Shown one piece after another: positions 49,901-61,600 of a stretch of DNA of 64,000 nt. The stretch covers positions 3,906,001 through 3,970,000 of the forward strand of contig JAYWIR010000015.1 in assembly GCA_036172245.1 (NCBI GenBank). Direction: 5' to 3'. Numbering within the stretch: position 1 is the stretch's first letter; each line of letters opens with the position of its first letter. This DNA comes from Raillietiella orientalis (lineage: Eukaryota). Under the pieces are notes generated by a model, which saw only the letters and a list, made by a program, of their open reading frames with translations, ran no database searches and was not told the DNA's origin. A program made the position numbers and the translations under genes.

Positions 49901-52900
49901 GCTGCTTCCGTAACAACCCTTCATGCTCCTGTTACTGAGACTGTGGTCATCATCATGTGGTCATTTTCGAAAATCCCTACTATTTAAGGTTGGATTTTCT
50001 TCGCGGACGCATCTTTAGTTGTCTGCACTGCTTTCACGTTCCTCGAGTAGTTCTCCTGTTCTCTGGTGGCGTGGAAGGGGGGGCGATAGACTTAGGTCAC
50101 AAGCCCCACGGCCGAACAAGCACACGAAGACTCCACCAAAGGCACCGCTCAGGGTTTCAAAGAATGGAAAGAGTTTCTGAAAATTTCTCAAGGAGTCTTC
50201 GAGATCTTCCTACTGAGCATTTCCGCTCTTCCCATGAGCTGCCAGTACACCGCCATCTTGCTGGTGCACTCCCCTGAAACGAGGAACCGGCTCGGCCAAG
50301 CCTCAGCTGGGAGGATAATCAAGGAAAACTTGAGCAGCTTTGCCATCGTACTCAGGAGTCACAGATATGTCTATCTAAATTTACAAACCAAAAACTTTCA
50401 AGATACTATAATCATTATATTAAAAATTAGTTACTACATAAAAAGATTTCAAATCTCCAAGACTAGCCGGAAAGAACATTTTCTTCCTTGGACATACCAG
50501 ATGCATCCTCATCGGCTATCTGCCTCGTAACGCCTGCGGGAGACGGTGGTGGCGAAGATGGGAGAGGAACGTTTTCGCTTCACCAGGTATAGTGTGGGTC
50601 TGACTTCCTCACGCGAAGTGTGGTGGGGAGCTCGAAGGTGGAGGAAGACACAAAAGGGAACCCTAGGACAATTGCAGGAAAATTGCGGTTCACTCCCTGA
50701 GGAAAAACTCTCTCCATTCCTTTCCTTCATGTCTCTTCCCAACGCAGGTCCTCGAGAGTTATTGCCCGAATGCCCAGTCCGTCGTTTCACTTATTCATCT
50801 ATTCATTAATCTTCTCTTTTCACCCACCACCCTATCCCAACTTGTGCTTTCGTTGAGAACCGTAGCCGTCGTTTCTCAGCAGAAGTGCCACCTTTTTTTT
50901 GGCTCATTCGAAGAGTCCGGGATGAAGGCACCTCCCGTGTTCCCAGATCTCATGAAATGCCCGCGTTCGAAGACTGTGTTGACAGGGCCAAGAAGAGCAT
51001 GGCCATCAGCTACAGCAGCAGCATCCGATGAACACAAAGTGCGGCTGCTAAAGAAATTCTGGGGAACCACCCCAAGCCACGTAGTAGCGAGCGACATTTC
51101 TTGCACTAAGATAGCCGCTGAGACAGCTTTCTCAGGTGGAGCGAAGGGAACTCATACTCGGTTACCTGGAAGCTGCAACCACCTAGATAGAGAAGGCCGT
51201 TCAGAGAAGCGAACAAGACTCCGCCTATAGAGCTGGTGCTGCGGTTAGTTGAGGTTGTACTGTGAAGGAGATGTAAAGACTCTCTCGATAGGGCTACTTT
51301 CTTGGAGATGAGAAGTGTCTCTCTCCCAATCAACAAGAAGAAGAAACAAGAAGAAGAAGAAAAAAGGGTTCGAGGCAATTAGACGTTTCATGTTGACTAA
51401 GCTGTTAAGAAGAAAAGCCCGTTTTCGAACTTTCCTGCCTATTCCGATTACTTCGAAAAGACACTGAAAACGTTTGGAAGTGACCTAAAAGAAGAAAACT
51501 GGAAAACTCCTTAACAGATTTCCCTAAGACAGTATCCAACCTCACGAAGAGCTGTTCATGAGAACACGGTCCTCGAGGAATCCAAGCTTCTCCCGACAGC
51601 ACTTTCACCCACGTCATCATCTGAAAAACTGCGTTTAGAAAAGGTACTTCTCTCACAGAAAGGTCCACCAAGATGCGGGGAAGAGGTGGCCACTTGAGAA
51701 ATGGAGAAGATATTCTCAATGGCAACAGTGTATCTGTTCATATGGGGACTATAGCATACTGGGTTTCCGTGCTCCGATCTATATTGTAGCATCAAAAACA
51801 CGCTGCATGCTTGAAAAATTACGAAACAAAATTTCTAAATATCCTTTGTGAAAACCTCAGTAGATTATTGATCCGTCTTTGCTTAGGCATTTTTTTTTTT
51901 TCTGCATTTATCTCGCGAAATTTGTTTCCAAATCAGTACGATGTAGAAAAACTTGTGCTCACTTAATTATAGACAGGAGTGAAGGATGAACACTTCTAAA
52001 ATCATCTTTAAAAGGTAAGGACTGAATCAGTTTGTTTTGTCATAGTAATTTATATTTTTTTTCGAATACCCTGCTTATGATGTCAGAACTAAGTACGGCT
52101 AGAAAGAAACAAAAGAAAAAAGAAATAAATCGAAAACGGTTTTGGCCACCTATATTAACTCTCCACATCTCCGTATGTAATATATTGTTCCAAGTTTCTA
52201 ACCATAAATCAGGTGCATGAGCACAGGCTTCACTATCACTTTATCCCTCTTTATTATTATTTTATTAATTGGATCTTACATACTTCAGCAATCATGTAAT
52301 TTAGCGCTTTTCAGTCGTAATTCTATTATTAGAATGCAATAAAGTTTAAAATCAACATGTTTGAAACAGGAAAATTACAAATCAAAATATTGCAGCAGAT
52401 TTAATGCTTTCGAATGGTAATGATTTTCAGCAGTTATTCCTTCACATGTGTAATCACTATAAAGCTGTTATTTCATGGTAGTTTAACAAGTTTAATTTTA
52501 TTATTTCTGTGAGCAGTGTATTTCTAGGCAAAGTAATCCCAAAAGAGCCTTTTGATTTTAGCGTGGTTGTATTAAGAGCAGAAATAGCAGGCAATAGGAA
52601 TATTTACCGTTTTCGAAGATTATGAAACATGATTACTAAGATTTGTTAATCAAATAATTTTTTTGTGGTTATAGTAACTATTTGGTGTTTTCAGTACTAA
52701 ATTCGGCCATTTATTCTCTTTATTTAATTTTTTTTGGAAATCAATGATATGAAAGATATACAAAGGAATTATGAAAAAAAATCCAGACGATTCTCTCATT
52801 TGCTTTTATATCGTTTCTTTTTTATTTATTACGAATTGGATGTATAGTCAATAAATGAAGCATGAGAATTTTGAAAGTTCTTCGGAGTTATGAAGTGAAG

Positions 52901-53519
52901 CTGTGCTTCCTATATGTAGGTATATGTAAGTATATTCACCACATCCTATATATTTGCCATGTGCAATTGGCTAATAATGATCGAAGGCACTTCAGACTGC
53001 TTCTGCTGAGAGATATATCAAATTACAATGAGCACGAGGATTTTTATGTTTTTATAAAAACATAAAACGTCACTGTTTGAATTGAAATATGAAATCATAA
53101 TAAATTTGCAAACAATAGCACCTTAAAAATAATCAGCGTCACTGGTTCTATTCTATTGAAAAATTGTAAAATGATATGAAATCTTACATTGTATTATTTT
53201 CGTTCCACTTTTCACCGAAATTTCATAACAGCTATTATATTTGTATTGATAAATATTTAGAAGGGTGCATGCACATACAAATACATATGATTTCATTCTA
53301 TCTGACTTGTGTTAATGTAATGACCATTCTACTAAATAAAATACTGTATTAAATTCATAAATAAAAAATCATGTTCTGGTAATGCTAGAATGGCACATAA
53401 ACATGCTGTACATATGGGAATGAGCCTTTGGCCTCTAAAGTGAAATGTATATATTACACCCTGAAAATGTGGTTTGATTTTATTGAAGAGTAATTCCGTT
53501 AATACTAGAATTACGTAGA

Positions 53520-56288
53520 ATGCCCGAAAATAATGCAGATGTGCATGAAAGTTGTAGTGAGGCAGAGAATCCAAAAGAGCAAGATGCCTTGAAATCGAAA
53601 AAAAGGAAGAGAACAAAAAGACTATTGCAGATGATTAGAGAGCAGATCGAGTTCTATTTTTCTGATGCTAATCTTTCAAAAGACAGATACATGAGAGGCT
53701 TAACTGGAGATAAAGGAACGCAGTGTTAGTATTATTTACGTAAAGCTTGAAAATTAAATCACATGTTCATTACAGAATCTTGCCAAAGTGTTCATGGTAC
53801 ATTGATATAATTCACTTAATACCCCCTTATTGAAGTAATGCACCAAGATGTGTAGCAAAGTTTAGGTTTATTTCATTTGTCTGTATTCTGAATTTGTCGA
53901 GTTTTCATGAATTACATTCACGTTTGTTGTTGATGTGCAACCTTTTTGTTTTCAGTTGTTCCCTTAAAAGAGTTCCTGAAATTTAATCAAGTGTTGAAGC
54001 TGACAGATACTGAATTTATTATCGCCAAAGCATTGCGGTTTTCCAATGTTCTTGATTTGTCTGAAGATAAAACAGCAATTAAAAGAAAACTACCTTTCTA
54101 TGAGAAGGAAAATATAGATGATTGTACAATATATGTGGTATTTCTTTTATTTTCCATTACGTTGTAACTTTTGTACGTTTTCAAATTTGCTATTCAAATT
54201 TAAATGCTGAATTTTTTTTATCAAGTGAAGTACATGTTATTGTGTTGTCTTGTAAAAATTGAAATCATTCTGAAGTCTTCATGTAATTTAGGAAAACATT
54301 CCTCCTGAGGTAGATCACTCTTGGGTCAAAAATATATTTCTTCCTTATGGGAATGCGGTGTATGTAAGTCTTCCAAGGTTTAAAATGTCTAAAAGGAACA
54401 AAGGATTTGCATTTGTGGAATTTGAATCACCAGAAATAGTGCAGAGCATTCTTGAGGTGAATTTCAATGTGGTTGCAAAGCTAATGAATTTGATATATTA
54501 CTTGCATTTCCAAAGACTCAAGAATAATTTGGTGTTTTCAGGCATTTGGTTCTGCTGGGTGCAGGTTAACCATTGATGCCCCCCATCGTCTTCTCAGTAT
54601 TCGTACCTTTGGTTTAGAATCAGAGGAAGCATTCAGTCCAAATAAGAAGAGAAAATCAACTCAGCCATTACCTAATAATGCAGAGAAAAAATTCAAAAGT
54701 GGTGCTGATGATGATTCAGAGAATACTGATAATGGAGTGAAAACTAAATCAGTTAAAAGGAAGAAACGAAAGAAAAAATTAGTGCAAGGTCTCGAGCCCA
54801 GTGCTCCCAATGTGAAAATCATGTCTAAGTAAGAGAGAGTTCTTTGCATTTCATGGAATACATGAATTTTGCAGAAAAGAATGGAAAAAACTGAGGAATG
54901 ATTACCTTACCCTTCAGAGACAGCACATGTCAAAGTTGAAAAAGCAGCTAAGACAACTATCGGAGAATAGGGAGAGCAGTATGTCAGGTGCAGATTTACA
55001 AATACAAACTCTGCATCCCAAGAAAGAAAAACTTACGTTTCTTTCTGGAGTGATAGTCAAGGTTGTTAAGGAGACAAGCATTGAGTCTGTAGATCAGCTA
55101 AAGGTATAGTGGAGCATTTCTATTCATAACGGATATATCTTAAAATGTTCATTGTTTGCAATTCAGGGAGGATTTTTGCAAATGTAGATTTCATGATTTA
55201 TTGTAAAGAAAAATTATTGCCATTATTCTGTCACTGTATGCCGAATCAAACAATAATTATTCAAAGTATTCTGATGTAAAATGGTTCAAGTGCTTGTCAT
55301 ATCGAATTTTTTCGATTGCATGAAGTGATACATAAGTCTACATGTTTATTTGTTTGTAGTGGGTTTGTGAAGTTTGACCTCATTCTATGGGATTGTGTGC
55401 TGCTTTCACAGTTCAGAGTGAATCTCAATCCCAGTTAAACAGTTTTTTGATTCTACATGTATGGTGTGATTTATGTGGATGTTGTGTTTTGAATTTCTGA
55501 GAATGTGGGGAGTGTATTCGAGATCTTGTATCACATCTATTGTGTTGGATTGGCAGAATTTTCACTATCACTTGTGTACATCTCCAGCACTTTTCTGGGA
55601 GAGTTCTTGAGGTGTCTTCTTTGCTTCTTTTGTTTTCGTTTTTTGCAGTGCATGCCGTGGCAAGTGCTATAAATTACCTTTGATTAGGATCCATTAGCAG
55701 TGTTGGTGTTACTGCATTCTACAAACTTTGTTTTCAGCATATATGTATTGGCGGATCACTTTTTTTTGTAAAATGAAAGATACGAGCCGTCGTTTCGGTT
55801 CCTTGCCACAAAGTTTATTTTGTAAAAGTTTATTAGTTTATTTTTAGTAGAATAATATAAATGTATATTTCGTTGCTAAAGTGAACTTGCCTAAACCAGA
55901 AAGAAATTTTAAAAAAATAAATAAATAAATTTCATTTGTTAGGAGGAAGTATCCAGCGATTTGCAAGTTGCTTATCTGGATGCAGCACAAGGCAGTAGTG
56001 AGTTCCATGTAAGATTTCATTCTCCAGAGGAAGCCTCTTCATTCGTTAGTTCAGGCAAATATCCCCAGGCCCAAGTTTTGCAAGGTAGGGACAACCCTTA
56101 TACACTGCACAAACTGTTAATGCTTTCAAGGAGAAGAGGAGCTTACATACTGGAAGAAGATATTTGATGATAGAGTGAATGGGCCCAGGGCTTTCAGAAA
56201 GAGGGGCAAACGAAGACTTTTGGAGAAAGCAGATCGAATGTTAACAGCGAAGCACATATATTTTGAAGACAATGAGGAACAGTTTTGA
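53520..56288 (+). CDS. LARP7: La-related protein 7 (La motif + RRM1 + C-terminal xRRM), 7 exons, 455 aa
   Basis: Exons 53520-53724, 53956-54137, 54292-54456, 54542-54828, 54875-55103, 55943-56084, 56131-56288 (1368 nt). La motif QIEFYFSDANLSKDRYMR; RRM1 TIYVENIP...VYVSLPRF...KGFAFVEF; LARP7 helix KEWKKLRNDYLTLQR; xRRM VAYLD...HVRF...YWKKIFDDR; C-terminal KRG...KHIYF. Confidence 0.95.
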
Positions 56289-57837
56289 GCACCTTGTGAA
56301 ATTCGTTCTTGGGATACAACACTCCCTAAAAAATTTTCATTAACTCTTGGAATTGTTTTCCGAGTCTGCATCCATGTTGTTTACATCTTGCAGTTGGTGT
56401 TCTTGCACAGTTTCAACTTCAGGAGTCGGAGTTCGCCATTCTTTATGGGAAGTGTTGGTTTCCCTATGTTGCTGTGAGGTGATCTCAGATGAAGTGAGAT
56501 CTCAGTTTGGTGAAAGACACATTTCTTTGCGTATTTCTTTTGTTTGCCTAATTTTTTGTTTCTAAAACAAACTAGGCCTTTGAAACGAAATTCGAAATGA
56601 GAGGGTGGATTTATCTTTTTCTGTGCAGTTCGTTAGGGGTCTCCATGCACTCGGTATTTCGGAATGAAATTCCATTAATCTTAAACTTGCTCATTTATGT
56701 TTACTTTAGTGTCTCACATTGGGAAATTACTGGCCTTGGAGATTTCTGCAGCAGCATTTCGAGTGCTTCACTAAAGATGACTCAGTAATCCCGGAAGGAT
56801 TGCTTGGGATAACTTTCCCGGAAAAACAACGTGCATATGTATGTACATCTGTACTCCGCTTGCATAAACACACGCACATATACATACATAGAAGTACATG
56901 TGCGTACGCGTACATTTTGTGTGTACTTCAATGACTTTATGCATATGCTAGTTTTTCCAGTCTAACGGCAAATGGTTAATTGCTTCAGCGTTTGGAGCGT
57001 GGCAAACATGTAGATTTATTTTGACATTTTCCCTCCGGATGGTCCTTTTTTAATTCCCCTGAAGGCTTGCTTCCTTTCTCCACTTTGCGGGTGCGTTGCA
57101 GGGCGCCCGTTTGTTGACGAAAGGCTGGATGCATCGGGATTTCAGAGCATAATCTGATGCCCCTCCGGTCCTCTTCTTCACAGTGCTCGGGGAGGGACAT
57201 AAAATTCAGGAAACGGAGGAGGGAGGGTCACGTCCGTGCTTCGCGCTGTGTCCCTTTCCTGCAAGACGAACTTTCTATTCGGGGACGGGTCGTGCACCGA
57301 CTCTGCCTTTTGAAGGCAGCTGGACCAGGACTGTCTGCTGCGCAAAAATCCCTCGACCGAACTCCAGGGTAATCGAAGCACCTGCCCGTGAGCAATCCCA
57401 AGCGGGGGGTCCATTCCGGTCGCCCAGTTCACGCCGCACCAACCAGAACCACAGACAACTTCTCTGTTCACGTACATACCAGCTCCATGACCGATCAGCG
57501 CCAATGCGTTGCCCTGCCGCCGACGTATGCGGGAACTCCGCTCGAATCGAGCAGGGAGGAGGGCAAGGAGATTCCTGGAATCGAAAGAGGGGCGGCCGCG
57601 CGCGACCCGGAGGTTCGGTGGCGAGGTCTCCCCGCGCGAACCTCCCGACGTCTCCGTGAGCCTCCGAGCGTAGTAATGGCAGGCACGGATCAGCTGCCTC
57701 CTCCCCAGAGGCCGACCGAACCTCTTCCCGGGTCACCTCCACTCTTCCTGGAGGCTGCGCGCTACTGCAGGAGGACGGAGGAGGAGTGTTGCCAACCCTC
57801 TCTGCCCTGCGCAGCGCAGTCTGGCTTCCTCATTCGC

Positions 57838-58638
57838 TCAGCCATCACCTGCGGGCGGGGCGGTCGAGGGTCCGGCTCCGAACTTGCTACCCATCTGGCG
57901 TCCTCTTTCCTGCGCCAAAGTCTCCGCATCTTCCCTGGTCCCGCCCTCCAGCTGCCGCAGGCGGGAGAGCCTCTGCTGCTCCGAGATCTTGTACTGGATA
58001 GACTCAGCTTCGTTTTCCACAGCCTTCCCGACTGTCTGCCTTTGACTACCCCAGGAGGTCCCGCTGCCTTGTCGATCGCAACCTTTTTTCTTAAAACTGC
58101 GGCGCAGCTTCCGTCTCAGCTGCGCCATCGGCTGGAAGATGACCCTTCCCTCTTCTCCGCTACCCCAGAAAGACGAACTGTCCAGGAGAACTTTATTAGA
58201 TTCGGAGTTGGGCACCTCCCCCAAGGTGTCCAACGCCGTGACTACTTGGGCGTGTGGTTCCGGGTGAATTCTTTCCAGGCACGCGACTCCTGGAAGACGG
58301 GGAGGGGGTCCCCTAAACTTACCCAAACCACCATCAGGGAAGGTTCCCCTTCCTCCTCCGGGCAGCAGCAAACGCCCTGACCGGCGATTTCCCTGCAGCG
58401 TGCACTGTCCCCCGACGGTGCATGCTGAAAACCCTCATCCGGTTGGTCTTTAGTTTCTTCCTTGCGCTCCCGCTTCCAAATCTGTTCTACCGCGAAGATC
58501 TGAAGTGAAAAAAAGGAAAAAAAAACGAAGCGAAACATCAAAATGACTCACCTCCTTGCGGCGCCAGTAGGCGACTGCCATGGCTCCTAAAAGGCAAACC
58601 GCAATTCCCGTTTTGGAAAGACCCAATTTGGAAAACAT
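57838..58638 (-). CDS. Possible spliced gene of unknown function with an N-terminal hydrophobic segment
   Basis: 58638-58552 (MFSKLGLSKTGIAVCLLGAMAVAYWRRKE|gtgagt), a 52-nt T-rich intron, 58499-58323 (|gtaagt), then an in-phase acceptor at 58131 into PMAQLRRKLRRSFKKK.... No recognisable domain; both ends uncertain. Confidence 0.3.
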
Positions 58639-61600
58639 CTTTAGGAAAAAAAAAAATGTTTTTCTTTTTTTCCTTCCATCTTCGAGAGTCGCCTAGGTAA
58701 CGGTGAAAAGCTGAAAAAAGGCGGAAATTTTGGTGCGGCCGGTCGGATGCGCAGAGTGAAACTGGCCTCGTGTCCATGGAGAAAACCAAGAAAAAAAAAA
58801 AAAAAAAAAAAGGGGGAAAGAAAAGAAAGAAACGCTGACTCTGAGTTGCAAGAGAGCACGCTATCTCGAGGAACTCCTGCTACCCCACGGCTGCCGTTCC
58901 GGGACAATAAGGAACCACGAATGCTGAACGTCCTTTACACTGCTCCTTCGGCGACTCACCTTCCCGGAGAAACAGAGAACGGCAGAAACCACGAAACGGC
59001 ATGCACCCTCTCCCACAAGGGAAGGGGATCGGAGAGGGACGTAAGGACTCCGTACTGCGGGCAAATCGAAGCCCAGGGAAAAAACAAGCCGCTGCGAAGC
59101 GAGACCGGATGACGCGGAACTACTTGCAGCCTTGGCTGCGGTCTGTGAGTGCCTTCCGGCAGCTCCTACGGGCGCGAGTGGCATGCGTCCTAGACCACCG
59201 CGGTAGGCTGTTCCACCTGTGCAAGATCAAGGGCAGCTGCGATCTGGAAACTCGTGCCCTTGCCTGGAGGGCGGTGAGCTCAGACCGCAGAGTAAAAGAC
59301 GACTCTTCACTGAGCGAAATCCATGGACGTCGCGGATGCACGTAGCCACGGCAGCGGACTCCTTTTACAGTTCGGGGAGTTGCCTCCCCGAACTGTAAAA
59401 GATGAGGAGCAGCAGAAACTCTCCCACACCTGTTTTTCGACTGCGGTGTCCTCCAAGGACTGTAGCGGAGGCTCCTGCACCAGGGGGACACCGCAAGGGG
59501 TCTAATGCGCCGCTTCTTCACCCCAGGCGGTCTGTCGTTAGGTGCTGTTGTCACAACGGTATGCTGCATCCGCGCCATCGACAAGGCCTACCGACAGCCG
59601 GAGCCGCAGGCGATACTTCGAGAGGTTACGGGAATAGCCTACGAGAACATGATGTCGGCTGCTCATCTTCCAGAAGACGTAAGGAAGGAGGTCTCCAGCA
59701 TCCACCGCCGGTTCTGCAAGAAAGGAACGACCGAAGCCAAAGACCCCTGTCCCCTCCCCTCCTTATATTTTAATTTATGTTTTTTTAAATACTTATTTGT
59801 GATCCACTCCCTCCCGTTCCGGACTTTCGGATTTACCGACCTGCTCGTCGGGGAGCACTCCCTCCTTTTTTCTGTACCCTTTGTCCGAGAGCCTGGTTCC
59901 TGGATAGTTTAGCAATAAACCCGGCGCACCCAGGTGAGAAGCAGCGGACCTGAGGGTGGTTGCTGGCACCCAGAAGAGTCGCTTCTCTTCTGTTGGGAGA
60001 ACCCACGGCCTTTCCAGTCATGCGATTGGGATCAGGGTCAACTGGACTGCACCTGGATACGTCTCTGCCCTCGTGAGAGTCCCGTGATCTACGAGGGCCT
60101 TCAGTGTGTCTGATCCCTGAGTATTTCGGTGTCTCTGAAACACAATGCCTGTTTTCGCATCCAGGGAAACGGTGTATTTTCGACGGAGGAAGGAGGGGAG
60201 CCACATGTGAGGCACTTGACCAAGACCACTTGCTTCCGTGTCGGTGCGCGGAAGATTTCCGGGATGGTCACGAGGTCATTCCGGGACGCTCTCTGATCGC
60301 GGTCAACGTTTTCCTGCGTGGAATCAGGGCTTGGAGTTCTGGAAAGGACACCGGCCGCTGAATCGCGGAGAAACTCCCTAAACACCGCGAGGGTGAGGTG
60401 CATCAGACAGTCAATGCAAAGAAAACACAAAGCAAGGGGTAGGAGTCTGCCCTCCGCTTCTCCTTCTGATCCATCAACCTTCGTTCCTGTTGGACCCTTT
60501 CACCATCTTCCTGAGCGCGGAAGAAGGACATCCTATGCCACTGCTGGTCCTTGGAGGAGCGGTGGTCGAAATCCCCCAGGCGCAGTGGTAGGACAGATTC
60601 CATGTGCTCCTCCGTCTGCAGAATGCACGGAGCTGAGAGTGTACGAGGTGGAGTTGTGGCGGTGGGCGAGTGGGTGGAAGTACACCGTCCATCCCTGGGA
60701 GGAAGGTTATGCAGTTGCTTCCTCCCGGAGAGTGGTTTCCTCCATCAAAACAACGAGCTGCCTCTTCGGCGAGCTCGCCTGCTCAGAAACTTGGCGGATT
60801 CCAGGTGAAGCCATGCTGCCGTTGGCATTTGAAGCTCCGAGGGATCCACCCCGCCACACCCGCGAGGTCGTGCAGCGGCGTAGCTGTGACTGCAATCGCC
60901 CACGTTCCACCCCCGGAGAGCACGGAGATGCGGGCCTCCGTAGCTACGAGCTACGAGCCCTCTCTCCGCTGCAAGGTCTCAAGGCTCTGGAGGGGGGCTC
61001 TGCGTGCACTCGTTAGCTGCCGGGATTCAGCAGCTCTGCGTGAGCGAGCAAGAGTTGGAGTGATGGAGATCTGGAGAAGCAAATTTTTCCTATTTTTTTT
61101 TCTTTTTTTTCTTTCTCGTGCTCCCGAATTCTTTATAGTCTTGCGGATCCACCAAACCAAATAGCCTGCCTATTTCCATCTTGTCTTTTTTTCCCATGGT
61201 GTGTGTGTCTGGAATAGACGCCCCTGTGCAACTGGTTGGAAGTGGTGTCGACGTGGGCTGCACGGGACAGTCCAATGCAGCATCACCAGCACCAACTGTT
61301 GTCACCACAGGAGATGCACAGAGTTCTCCATGGAAAACGCGGGGATCTCGAGGTTTTCTAGGGGAATCGCGGGAGGATCGGTCCAGCGGAGAAGTGCTCT
61401 GGTGTGGGCAGCAGGAAGTCGAAGTGGTCAGCACGTTGGTGTGCGGTCCAGCATCCCCTAGGTTTTTTATTTTTTTATTGCTTGCGACTGGGAAGATGAC
61501 TTTTCATGCTGCCGGTTGGCAATCGTTAACTCTCCTCCCGTGTGGAGGACAGCGATGTGGCAAAGGGAGTGTCTTCCGCTCTGGCGCTCTTCCTGAGGCT

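Noticed and set aside
56830..56930. Alternating purine-pyrimidine tract (also 26875-26925) and short CA runs (17130, 28077)
   Set aside because: Ordinary degenerate microsatellites.
57388..58380. 330-aa plus-strand ORF
   Set aside because: GC-rich, no recognisable motifs, and the splice signals in the region favour the minus strand.
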